The notes beneath the pieces were generated by a model. The model had not been told where the DNA came from. It was given only the letters and a program-made list of their open reading frames with translations, and ran no database searches. A program made the translations under genes and the position numbers. A stretch of DNA of 64,000 nucleotides from Bacillota bacterium (lineage in GTDB: Bacteria > Bacillota > JAAYKD01), in the NCBI GenBank assembly GCA_963666425.2, contig OY762825.2, forward strand, positions 192,001 to 256,000, given 5' to 3'. Each line of letters starts with the position of its first letter. Within the stretch, counting starts at the first letter, position 1. Below are positions 10,433 to 20,700 of the stretch, one piece after another.

Positions 10433-10828
10433 ATGAACCAATGGTATGAAAAACTAGCGAAACCCTCCTGGTCTCCTCCCGCCCGTCTTTTTGGCCCAGT
10501 ATGGACGGTGCTCTATATTGGCATTGTGTTCACATATGGTGTAGTAACGGTTATGTTTGCGAAATCGCAAATATCATGGTTTGTTATATTGCCATTTCTG
10601 GTAAATATATTGTTTAACTTTGCTTTTACACCTTTGCAATTTAAGCTTAGAAATAATAATCTCGCTCTTATCGATATTATTCTGGTACTTATCACGCTGA
10701 TTTGGGCTTTGCTAGCAATATTTCCGTTTGCTCCTTGGATTTCATGGGTAAACATTCCCTATCTGCTATGGGTTACCTTTGCCACAGTACTGCAATCAAG
10801 TATTACCTGGCTGAATAGATCAATATGA
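10433..10828 (+). CDS. tspO: TspO/MBR family tryptophan-rich sensory protein
   Basis: WYEKLAKPSWSPP..FGPVWTVLY, PYLLWVTFA; hydrophobic 131 aa. Confidence 0.9.
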   Translation: MNQWYEKLAKPSWSPPARLFGPVWTVLYIGIVFTYGVVTVMFAKSQISWFVILPFLVNILFNFAFTPLQFKLRNNNLALIDIILVLITLIWALLAIFPFAPWISWVNIPYLLWVTFATVLQSSITWLNRSI

Positions 10829-10889
10829 GATGACTGCCTAATCGGTTACATACATAGAAGGGATCGGCACAGATCCAGAAGGAGTCGAG

Positions 10890-11216
10890 ATGAATAGAAG
10901 AATGAAACGAGCGCTCATTGGCGGGGCACTGCTGGGACTTGTCTGTGTGGTGGGAGCATATGTTAGGTCTGGGTTTACCGCTTCTCCGATATTTGTGTTC
11001 TCACTCTGGTACAACCGGGTTATCCTCGGTCTGGTCGTAGGTGCCCCCTGGATTGTTATGGTCCGAAGTAAGGCATTGTTACGTGGCGCTGTTCTTGGGC
11101 TTATGGTTTCCTTTGCATTCTAAAGTTCTACCGGATTTCAAGATCATATAAGTTTTGTAGCAGGAATTTTGTATGGCGTGATACTGGAAGGATGGCTTAG
11201 CCGACCTGAAAAATAA
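10890..11216 (+). pseudogene. Small membrane protein interrupted by in-frame TAA at 11121
   Basis: GGAG RBS and hydrophobic ORF. The same frame continues after TAA as SSTGFQDHISFVAGILYGVILEGWLSRPEK*, a further TM-like helix. Confidence 0.6.
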
Positions 11217-11422
11217 ATGGAATAGAGAAAAAGTATAAAGCTTATTAGTTGGAGTGCTACGATAAAAGTAGAGTCTGAATCGCGGGGAGATGCTATACTA
11301 AAAAGTATACGTATAAGGAGAGCGATAGAGGATGTTGTTGCGTCCAAGTAGCTTTGGCTGCAAACTGACAAGAACTTTTGACCGCATTTTTACAGCAACC
11401 ATGACCGCTTTTTGCGAAGCTC

Positions 11423-11700
11423 TTAACTCATTTCACCTTCAATCACCAGACGAACCATATGGTCATCAATAATTCGGTGTTTACCAGTTGCGCCATACAA
11501 TAAGCAATTGGTGCAGAGCTTGTTAATCAGGTGCGGGATACCGGTAGAATAAAGATAGATTTCCTGAATCGCCGCATCGGTAAAGAGATCGCGCTCCACT
11601 CCTGCATAGCGTAACTGGCTTTGGATAAACGCAGCTGTTTCAGCTTTATCCAAGGACTGTAATCGGTATAGAATATCAATGCGCTGCCGGACGGACGGCC
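11423..11700 (-). pseudogene. C-terminal fragment of ExeA-type AAA ATPase (transposition helper)
   Basis: LFTDAAIQEIYLYSTGIPHLINKLCTNCLLYG...IIDDHMV; no Walker A or B region present. Confidence 0.75.
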
Positions 11701-11778
11701 ACTTCTTCGGCTTTTTGCGATTGCAGTATTGAGGTTCACTCCTTCTGTTTTACTCTTAACAGAAGAATACCTTATCCC

Positions 11779-12052
11779 TTAAACAAGCAGCAATACCGAA
11801 CGGGTCTGTGGCAGTAAATTTGAATTGTGCACAATGGATTCTATAGTGCAGCTGCAGTGCCGCCGATAAGGAACGATGCAAGCCGGTAATTCATGATAAA
11901 TCTTGGCGCAGTCTCTACATTGCAGCCGCCGGATGATCAGGATGATTCGTTCACCGCTTGACTTAATCAACTTTCGCTTACGACTCCCGATTACTTTTAT
12001 AGTTCCTCCGCAAACGGGGGAGGCACTTTCTTCTTTGCTTCTTACATAAAAA
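11779..12052 (-). pseudogene. DUF6431-like transposon Zn-ribbon gene fragment
   Basis: FYVRSKEESASPVCGG..VIGSRKRK..IRRLQCRDCAKIYHELPACIVPYRRHC; start disrupted. Confidence 0.65.
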
Positions 12053-12499
12053 TTGCTTCGTTTTCACTCTTGCGCTCAAGGGAAAAATTTGATACAAGTA
12101 TTATGCTTTTGATGAGACACCCCTTGGGCTCTTGTGCTGGTTACACATTGAGCTCCTTGTTGAGGGGTGTCTTTTCCTTTCTCTTTTTGGCCATCATACC
12201 AAACAACTCTCGGTCAGGCAATCTTAGCATTTTGCGGCCTGTTTGAGCTGGCTATAACAATCAGACCACAATATGATGCGATTATTATGGTCAAAGTATC
12301 TCTCTAACCACTATGTTACTGTCAGAACCTTTTTAATCTGCATTGAGAAAAATGACAGCATCAATTATCCTACGCTGCATAAGCTGCTCGGTGTATCACC
12401 GGAAATTTGGCTTCCGTTCTTAAAATATGCTGAATTATCCCAGAACCTAAAAACCAAACTTAATGAGTCGAGTGTAAAACTGGGAAAGCTTAATCCTCT

Positions 12500-13702
12500 T
12501 TATGGCAGATAGAAAGCGTCCATATCGTTTTCCCATCCGTTGACGCAACTTGATAAAAACCGTACCGCATTGTTAAGAACATCCATATCAATATGTTCTG
12601 TAGTATCATCAGAGGAATGGAGAACGGTATCGAGCAGACCAAATATGTTACTCGCAGTAATGGCGACGGTGGGTACACCATAGGTGGCGAATATCATATG
12701 ATCGCCCATCGGCCATGGCTTAATTCGTTCTATGTCTGTTATTTTTTTTGCACGCTCCATAATCCTATTCTCGATTTTTTTTGAACACGAATAGAACGAA
12801 ACAGATGTGGCGCTGTTCTTTAACCCGATACCGTCCACATTTATAGCCAAGATGTATTCCGTCGAAAGATAGCCCATAAATGCCATTTCTCCGGGATTGG
12901 AATAGTAGTCCTCCCCGTTAAATAGAACGATTTCGATTTGGAAAGGATAGTGCGTGCCCGAAAGAGATTCCGCGAAAGCCAGTAGAGCGGACACGCCGGA
13001 AGCGTCGTCAAGAGCGCCGGGGGTCGCCGGTTTTGTGTCAATATGCGCCGAAAAACACACCTTGTCATGTTTCGTCCCATAACTAGCAATCACGTTATGT
13101 GCCTTTACCGGAATACGCTCGGTGTGGATGGTCAGCTTCGCCCGCCTGTCAGAACTTTGCGAAAAGACATCCAGCATATCCGAGCATACTACAGCGCACG
13201 GAATGTTAAAATCCCCGTCCTGTATAATGTGTTCTTTACCCGAAATAGCCGTAATGATAGCAATTGGATTCTTTTCTTCCAGCAACGCTATGATTTGCTT
13301 GTGTTCGTCAGGGTTATAAAACTCAAAATTTTTCGGCATAAAGGGTTCTTTGCACAAATCGCCATGTAAGACCGCTATTTTTTCCGTTAGCTCCGCGTTC
13401 CGGAGTGCGTCCACCGTGTCAATACAAATAAACTCCGCAGCAACATCGCATGGCAGAGAATATTCCGCTGGTTCCACCGGTATTTCCCGATTGTCAACCA
13501 GCAGCGCGGCACCGGAGTTTATCCAATCCATGCAGTCAAACTCTTGTTTTCGTACCTGGAGCCCGCATTTTTGGAAGGCCTCAAAAGTGTACTCAACAGC
13601 AGCTTTATTCTTCGCAGAGCCGGTTGGCCTTGCCCCGATGGTTTTACAGAGCATCTCCATGTTGCTCTGTAATGAAATAACGTGATTCTTCAAATAAAAC
13701 AC
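12500..13702 (-). CDS. M28 family metallopeptidase
   Basis: IGARPTGS, SAHIDT, GALDDASG, NGEDY, NVDG, DH, LHSSDD; no signal peptide. Confidence 0.85.
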   Translation of the reverse strand: MFYLKNHVISLQSNMEMLCKTIGARPTGSAKNKAAVEYTFEAFQKCGLQVRKQEFDCMDWINSGAALLVDNREIPVEPAEYSLPCDVAAEFICIDTVDALRNAELTEKIAVLHGDLCKEPFMPKNFEFYNPDEHKQIIALLEEKNPIAIITAISGKEHIIQDGDFNIPCAVVCSDMLDVFSQSSDRRAKLTIHTERIPVKAHNVIASYGTKHDKVCFSAHIDTKPATPGALDDASGVSALLAFAESLSGTHYPFQIEIVLFNGEDYYSNPGEMAFMGYLSTEYILAINVDGIGLKNSATSVSFYSCSKKIENRIMERAKKITDIERIKPWPMGDHMIFATYGVPTVAITASNIFGLLDTVLHSSDDTTEHIDMDVLNNAVRFLSSCVNGWENDMDAFYLP

Positions 13703-13750
13703 CCCTTTGTAAAATTAGTGATTCCAGTACAAATCCTCATCCGGCTAAAT

Positions 13751-13768
13751 TCTTGACCAAAATTGCAA
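13751..13768 (-). promoter_or_regulatory. Putative AraC-family operator, copy 1 (before peptidase)
   Basis: TCTTGA-ccaaaa-TTGCAA on the + strand; matches three other copies. Confidence 0.6.
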
Positions 13769-13779
13769 ATATCAAAACC

Positions 13780-13926
13780 TCAGCCGCTCGTCTTGGCGGC
13801 ATTTCTCCGGGGAATAGTGAAGAAGCTCAATAGCAGAAGCAGAATCCCGCATACGCGAATCACATGCTGAATCTTTACCGCATCGACAAGCGGCCCGAAC
13901 AACGCCATGCCAAGCGACAGGAATCC
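13780..13926 (-). pseudogene. C-terminal remnant of an MFS efflux transporter (Mef-like)
   Basis: Minus frame reads GFLSLGMALFGPLVDAVKIQHVIRVCGILLLLLSFF...*; directly preceded by a GGGGTG RBS-like site and an operator copy. Confidence 0.6.
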
Positions 13927-13957
13927 GCTCTACATCACCCCGTTTGCAGAAATTCAT

Positions 13958-13975
13958 TATTGACTTTCTTTGCGA
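13958..13975 (-). promoter_or_regulatory. Putative AraC-family operator, copy 2 (before MFS remnant)
   Basis: TATTGA-ctttct-TTGCGA, 16/18 identical to the copy at 16606. Confidence 0.6.
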
Positions 13976-13983
13976 AAAATCGC

Positions 13984-16530
13984 TCAAGCATTTATCAGCG
14001 CGCATAGACACGCACCCGTTTGAGAACGGGCTGTTTTTGCCACCGTTTCCGGCGTACCCTGCACGATAATCTCGCCACCGGCGTCGCCGCCCTCCGGCCC
14101 GAAATCAACCACCCAATCGGACATGGCAATGACATCGAGATTGTGTTCTACGCAAATCACGGTGTTGCCAAGCTCTACCAATTCATTCAATAGCGCAACC
14201 AGCTTTTTGACGTCGTGGGGATGAAGCCCCGTAGTCGGTTCATCCAAAAGATACAGCGAATACCCGCTTGTGCGCTTTCCCAGTTCCTTTGCCAGCTTTA
14301 TGCGCTGCGCTTCGCCGCCCGATAAGGTCGTGGCGGACTGTCCAAGGCTCAAATATCCAAGGCCGACTTTCTGCAAAACGGACAGCCGATCCAAAATGGG
14401 GGGTACGTCGCAGAACACAGCGGCAGCCTCCGCAATGGTCATTTGTAAAATGTCGGAAATGCTGAATCCTTTGTACTCTACTTCTAAAATGCTTTTCTGG
14501 TACCGTCGCCCGTGGCAGGCGGGGCATTTAACCTGAACATCCGGCAGGAAATGCATAGATATGGTAAGTTCACCGCTCCCCTCGCATTTTTCACATCTGC
14601 CTCCCGGAACATTAAAGGAGAAATGTTTTGGCAGCAGTTTTTTCTTTTTGGATTCATCCAAAGAGGCATATAAATCTCTGATGTAGGAAAAAACATCAGT
14701 ATAGGTCGCAGCGTTGGAGCGGCTTGTTCTTCCAATGGGCGATTGGTCGATGGTGATAATATCGCTGACATTCTCTAATCCAGAAATTTCTAGGTGGTCG
14801 GGCTTTTCTTTGGAATGACCGAAATAAATCTCAGCTTCGCAGCCAAGAATATCGAACAGCAGTGTGGATTTCCCGCTGCCGGATACCCCGGCCAGAGAGA
14901 CGAGCATTCCCAAGGGTAAGTCCACATCAATGTCTTTCAAATTGTGTTTATGTGCGTTAGATATTGAAATGCTTTTTCCGTTGCCGGTTCTTCTTTTCGT
15001 GGGAATATTGATTTTATCCATACCAGAAAGACAACGTCCCGTATCTGAATATTCACAGGCTGCGATTTCATCAGGTGTTCCTGCGGCGACAATCTCACCG
15101 CCGCCCTTACCGGCTTCTGGGCCAAAATCGACAATATAGTCGGCAGCTTGAATAATCTCAATATCATGCTCAATAACCAATACCGTGTTGCCCAAATCCC
15201 GCAGTTTCTTCAAAACTTCAATCAGTCTTTTCGTATCGCGGGCATGGAGTCCGACAGTCGGTTCATCAAGTACATATAAAACCCCTGTCAGACCGCTGCC
15301 CAAAAGAGAGGCCAGTCTAAGCCGCTGGGCTTCACCCGCCGACAATGTGACGGCGGCGCGTTCCATGTTCAAGTATCCCACACCGACATCCAAAAGCCTC
15401 TTGATTCGCTGTTCTAAATCGTCAATCACCGGTTTTGCGATCAGCAAAGCCTCCTGGGTTGTGAATGAGGGCAAATTCTTGACCCAGTCTAAAACATCGT
15501 CTAATGATTTTTTGGACAGTTCAATAATACTGATTTCCCCAACTGTTACGGCTATGCTTTCTTTTCGTAAGCGTACTCCACCACATTCAGGGCAAACCTC
15601 TTCATGGAATAAACCACCTAATTTTTCCTTTGAACCGCTCCCCATCTCAGAATGCCGCCTTACGAGATTGGTAACAACGCCCTCAAACCGCCCCTCTGGA
15701 ACTGTTTTGGGTGGTTTGACACCGGGGAAATGCCTGCAAAATTGCGGGCTTAATACACCGTACAAAAGATAGTCCATCTGTATCTGCCCATAATTTTTCA
15801 GCGGCTGATTGATACTGATAGGAAACCCGTAGAAGCTGCCCGCGTTTTCAATAGCCTCCGAATATCGGTCAATGTGAAACTTATCCCAAATGCGAACCCC
15901 ACCGTCGCGAATACTCAAATCAGTATTTATAATCCGTTCAAGGTCGGGTGTATTTACAACCCCAAGCCCCCTGCATGCCGGGCAAGCTCCCTCTGGTTTG
16001 TTAAAGGAAAAATGGCTCATTAACAGTTCAGGGAGCTTTTCACCGCAGGAGGGACAAACGATCATGTTTTCATCCACATCGGAGTTGCCGGTACTGTCTT
16101 CCAACGGTTCATCCCACTGCATGGAATCTGTTTCCATTTCCATTTCAAAGGGTTGGCGTATCAGTTCACCGCAACGAGGGCATTTTCTAACGCCGAGTTT
16201 AGCAAACAGTATCCGCAGATAAGTGAAAACCTCCGTGACGGTGCCTACCGTAGAACGGGGATTGCGGTTACTATTTCTTTGGTCAATGCTGATGGATGGG
16301 GACAAGCCGATAATGGCGTCAACCTTTGGTTTGCTGATGAAATCTGTTACCATCCCCATGGATTCCATATATTGCCTTTGACATTCTTTTTGAAGGGTAT
16401 CCAATGCAAGCGTTGATTTACCGCTTCCCGAAAGACCGGTAAATACCACCAGCTTGTTTTTGGGAATCCGCAGCGAGATGTTTTTGAGGTTATTTTCCCT
16501 CGCTCCCTTTATTTCAATATACGTATCCAT
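13984..16530 (-). CDS. UvrA-like ABC ATPase, short class II type (UvrA2/DrrC-like)
   Basis: [59 protein letters not shown]; about 848 aa, short N-terminal half; ATG 16530 after GGAGG. Confidence 0.9.
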   Translation of the reverse strand: MDTYIEIKGARENNLKNISLRIPKNKLVVFTGLSGSGKSTLALDTLQKECQRQYMESMGMVTDFISKPKVDAIIGLSPSISIDQRNSNRNPRSTVGTVTEVFTYLRILFAKLGVRKCPRCGELIRQPFEMEMETDSMQWDEPLEDSTGNSDVDENMIVCPSCGEKLPELLMSHFSFNKPEGACPACRGLGVVNTPDLERIINTDLSIRDGGVRIWDKFHIDRYSEAIENAGSFYGFPISINQPLKNYGQIQMDYLLYGVLSPQFCRHFPGVKPPKTVPEGRFEGVVTNLVRRHSEMGSGSKEKLGGLFHEEVCPECGGVRLRKESIAVTVGEISIIELSKKSLDDVLDWVKNLPSFTTQEALLIAKPVIDDLEQRIKRLLDVGVGYLNMERAAVTLSAGEAQRLRLASLLGSGLTGVLYVLDEPTVGLHARDTKRLIEVLKKLRDLGNTVLVIEHDIEIIQAADYIVDFGPEAGKGGGEIVAAGTPDEIAACEYSDTGRCLSGMDKINIPTKRRTGNGKSISISNAHKHNLKDIDVDLPLGMLVSLAGVSGSGKSTLLFDILGCEAEIYFGHSKEKPDHLEISGLENVSDIITIDQSPIGRTSRSNAATYTDVFSYIRDLYASLDESKKKKLLPKHFSFNVPGGRCEKCEGSGELTISMHFLPDVQVKCPACHGRRYQKSILEVEYKGFSISDILQMTIAEAAAVFCDVPPILDRLSVLQKVGLGYLSLGQSATTLSGGEAQRIKLAKELGKRTSGYSLYLLDEPTTGLHPHDVKKLVALLNELVELGNTVICVEHNLDVIAMSDWVVDFGPEGGDAGGEIIVQGTPETVAKTARSQTGACLCALINA

Positions 16531-16581
16531 TTGATTTCCTCCCAATATTTTTCTTATGGCACATAACATTATTCGCTCTTC

Positions 16582-16623
16582 ATTATAGAGAAAAACGCGA
16601 CAGGTTCTTGACTTTCCTTGCGA
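16582..16623 (-). promoter_or_regulatory. Promoter with AraC operator copy 3 at the -35 position
   Basis: Minus strand TCGCAA-ggaaag-TCAAGA, then 18 bp, then TATAAT. Confidence 0.7.
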
Positions 16624-16688
16624 TTTTTCTGCGTGAAAAATGACGCCCGGATAAACCGAGCGCCATATTATGACGACACACAGGTTTT

Positions 16689-17597
16689 CTATTTGTTTAT
16701 TTGGCGAACCGGGCGCGCTTCAATGCAGCCTCGATACCCCTGTGGCTCCATCTGAAACCGTGGCGCATCCTCGTTGGCCCATTCAAAACCGTATAGTTCA
16801 GGTGAGTAGTTTTTCATCACTTCCCACAAATCCGCAATCGCCTCATCAAAATGCTCGTCCTCAAAGGGCTGCCCTTGAAAAACTATCATTTTGCATGGGG
16901 GTAATGGTATAAGCTCGAAGCCATCCGGCACAACACCGGTATAGTCGGCGGGGACTTCGACGCCCTGTGCGTAAGTGGAGGATCCGGGTGTGCGAAAATT
17001 GTCCGGCAGCCACACGCCGATTGGTTCATATAACGCTTCTTTTACGCTGCACAGCAATCCCCAATTATCACACCCGACTTCCTCACAATACTCAAAATAA
17101 TCCTTGGCGTTCGTACCTCTTTTCAATATCAGATTTCTTGCCGGCCGATCGATAACTTGAATAAAAACTGTTTGATTTGCCTGTCTTCTTTTCATTTGAT
17201 ACTCTCCTTTCAAAAAGTAGAGATACCGTTCACGAATAGAGTTGGGCATAAACAGATAGATAGGAGTAGGGTTTTTGCTGTACTTATGTGGCGTTACGCC
17301 AAACTCTTTTGAAAACGCTCTCGTAAATCCCTCGTGAGAATCGAACACGAAATCGAGTGCCACATCAATGACCTTGACCTTTTCGTCCCTTAACTTCAAA
17401 GCGGCGCGGGTAAGCCTGAGTGTACGTATGTAGTCAAAAGGAGATTTTCCGACAAACTCCCTAAAAAGCCTTGCGCAATGAAAAGGAGAATAGCCTGCAC
17501 TTTTTGATAAATCATGTAAGGTGATAGAGCTTTGGAGGTTCTGTTCAATATAGTCCTGCATTCTTTGTACAGCTTCAATATTACCTAATTTTTCCAT
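16689..17597 (-). CDS. AraC family regulator with C-terminal GyrI-like effector domain
   Basis: N-terminal HTH_AraC (QRMQDYIE, GYSPFH, FDSHEGFTRAF..FG.TP) plus effector domain (GVEVPADY.G.VPDGF, APRFQMEP). Confidence 0.88.
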   Translation of the reverse strand: MEKLGNIEAVQRMQDYIEQNLQSSITLHDLSKSAGYSPFHCARLFREFVGKSPFDYIRTLRLTRAALKLRDEKVKVIDVALDFVFDSHEGFTRAFSKEFGVTPHKYSKNPTPIYLFMPNSIRERYLYFLKGEYQMKRRQANQTVFIQVIDRPARNLILKRGTNAKDYFEYCEEVGCDNWGLLCSVKEALYEPIGVWLPDNFRTPGSSTYAQGVEVPADYTGVVPDGFELIPLPPCKMIVFQGQPFEDEHFDEAIADLWEVMKNYSPELYGFEWANEDAPRFQMEPQGYRGCIEARPVRQINK

Positions 17598-17621
17598 CTG
17601 CTCACCCCGTCAGTATAAAGA

Positions 17622-17663
17622 ATGATAGCACAGCGCAAAGATAAATCTTGATTTGGACTGCGA
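17622..17663 (-). promoter_or_regulatory. Promoter with AraC operator copy 4 (autoregulation)
   Basis: Minus strand TCGCAG-tccaaa-TCAAGA, then 18 bp, then TATCAT. Confidence 0.65.
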
Positions 17664-17764
17664 TAATTATTTATTTTCTTGCTTCATAAGGACAGAAAAC
17701 GCATCTCACTGGTGGAAATTTGATTGCACTGACAATGCCAGTTGCATTATTTTAAGTAATGGCT

Positions 17765-20700
17765 TTAGTCAATTGAGCAAACTAAGGGTAATGATAAAGG
17801 TGTTATCGTATCTGCTATTTCCAGAATGAAAATTTTTAGATTGTAACCAAGCTCAGTGGCATCACTTACCGAGACATTATTAAAATCAATCGTATTATCA
17901 CCAATTTGCAAGATACCGGCATGTGAGGTTAGGGAAACAAGCTTGTTATTACTACTATAAATGGCTAAAAACACATTTACGGTGGAAGAAGAATCTTTAT
18001 GATTATAAATGTATACGTGAGCATCGCCCGATAAAGAATTGATTGAGCGTGCGAGATTATTATTGATCATAGCTGTATATAAATAATCGGAAGAATCTGT
18101 AGTATATCCAGACCAGGATGCCGTATCAAATCCTGTTGATTTTTGCAGATAATGAATCACAAACTCAGTTGATAAATTATCAAACACAGATGTCCCTAAA
18201 CTGGGTGCATTACCGTAGAAATACATCGAGTTTAATTTGCTACAATTAAAGAACGCATTATTATCAATACTCGTAACATTCTTGGGGATGCATAGAACTT
18301 CTAAGCTGCTGCAATTGTAAAAGGCATAAGCAGCAATGCTGACTAAACTTTCAGGAAGAGTAACACCTGTTAAGCCAGTACAATGACTGAAAGCGTATGT
18401 ACCTATTTTTGTTACAGCGATATCATTGATCGTAATCGGTATGACTACAGCAGCGTCAGAGCCGATATAATCAAGAATTGTTCCCGCATCCGGATCAAAT
18501 CTAAAATTCATTGTTTCTATGATAGCAGATGCAGAGCTTGGAGCATACACTGCGTGTGAATAAGCACTCAAAATGGAGGTTGTAAAGCCAAGAGCATTTT
18601 CCTGGTAATAGAGTATAAAGCTCTCATTCGTATCATAGCGAACATCACCAAATGTAAATAAACCAAGGTTAGCTGGTACATCACCTTCAAAATAGGCAGC
18701 CACTAAATTTCTGCACCTGCGAAACGCGTCATCTTCCAGATTAGTAAGACTGCTTGGCAGTGTTATCCTGCTTAAGCTATCGCAATAACTAAAAGCTCCA
18801 ATTTCAATGTCTGTTACGCCATTTGCGATCGTTACGCTTCTTAATTTCGAGCAATCGGCAAAAGCCCCTTGGCCGATATTTGATACACTTCCGGGTATGT
18901 TTACAGATACTAAATTTTGGCAATTATAAAACGCCTCGGTTTCGATACACTTTACTCCATTTGCTATTATGATTGTTGTCAAATTGATGCAATCATAAAA
19001 CATTCTCTCACTAATACTTTCCAAACTGCCAACGATGTATGCGCTTCTTAAATTATCACAGCCTGAAAATGCAAAACTACCAACATAGGTTACCTTGCTT
19101 GGTATCGTGATACTCGTTAAATAAATACAACTGCTAAACGCTCCTTCACCAATGCTTTCCAAGTTGGCGGATAGGTTTACCGCTGTTAGCCCGCAGAAAC
19201 CCGAAAAAGCATTTTTCCCTATCGTAATCACGCTATTCGGTATGACGATATCGGATAAAAGAAGGCACCCAGAAAATGCATAGTCCCCTATGCTGATTAT
19301 TTTATCCTGCAGGTCGACGTGAGTTAATTTGCTGCAGCCGGAGAACATAGAATTACCGATGTTTGTTAAATTAGCCGGCAGCACGATACTGACCAAATTC
19401 GTGCAATTCTCAAATACACCGTTACCGAAGTTTGTCAAACTGGCAGGCAGTGTGATCTCGCTTAAACTGCTACAGTTAGAAAAGGCCATATTACTGATTA
19501 AGGTAACTCTACTCGGTATGTTTACTTCGTTAAGGTTAGTACAAAAAGCAAAAGTGCTTGATTTTATCTCTGTTATGTTATTGGAGAAAACGATATTTAT
19601 TAAGTCGCTGCAGCCAAAAAAAGCTCCTTTATCAATGCTTGTTATGCTGTCTGGCAGGGTTAGGTTTGTTAATCCAATACAACCGTAAAAAGCATAGGCG
19701 CCGATTGCTTCTACGCCGTTGGATATCCTAAGATCAGTCAAGCCACTGCAAAAAAAAGCATCAGAGCCAATTGTTTTGATATTTCCTGCCAGGATGACAC
19801 TGGCTAAACTTGCACAGGAAGAAAACGCTTTTGCACCAATGCTTGTAATCCCATCTGGAAGGCTAATCGAGCCTAAGCTGTAGCAATTTTGAAACATGCT
19901 CTCGGTGATGGCGGTGAGATTGCTGGGAAGTGTTACGGATCCTAGATTGATGCAGTCTTGAAAGGTGCAACTACCAATGAAGGTGAGACTGTTTGGCAGC
20001 GTCACTGCTGTTAAACTGCTGCAGCCTTGAAAAATGTTACTACCGATGCTGATTAAGCGATCTGGCAGGGTAATTGACATGAGATTGCTGCAGCCTTGAA
20101 ATACAGCATTCGCAAAACAGCTTATACTGTTAGGAATAGAGATCGACAATAAACTGCTGCAGTCTTGAAAGACACTCTCTTCCAGGCTGGTTAGGTTATT
20201 TGGAAGATTGATCGAGATTAATCGATTGCAGTTTTGAAAGGCATATTTACCGATAATGGTGACACTGTCCGGGATACTGATTGAGGTTAGGTTGAGGCAG
20301 TTCCGAAGAGCACCTTCGCTGATCGTATTTACGCCATTTGGTACTGTATAAGCACCACTCAAGGTAGTGGGAACGATCAGCAGTACTGACAGTTCTTTAT
20401 TAAAAAGTACACCGTTCAAGCTGGCGAAATACAAATTTCCGGCCTCCACTTCGATGGATTGTAAGCCGCTGCAATCCAAAAACGCACCACCACCCAGGCT
20501 GCTGAGACTGCTTGGCAGTGTGATGGAGGTTAACTGGCTGCAGCCTTGAAATGCGCAGCTGCCTATATTGATCAGACTATCGGGCAGGCTGACCGTACTT
20601 AAATTACTGCATAGATAAAAACTAAACATACCGATGCTGGTAACACCATTTGGGATGCTGACGGAGGTGAGATTCGTGCGCCAGCGAAAGGTATAATCAG

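Larger units (their letters stand above)
11366..12324 (-). mobile_element. Internally deleted transposon remnant (DUF6431-like Zn-ribbon gene plus ExeA-like ATPase; transposase missing); ends approximate
   Basis: Two gene fragments listed below. TGACC(G/A) hexamers face inward near both ends (11379, 11402; reverse at 12211, 12288). Confidence 0.6.

Noticed and set aside
12273-12512. 79-aa ORF next to the transposon remnant
   Set aside because: It spans the presumed element end, has no RBS and no recognisable motif; at most a gene fragment.
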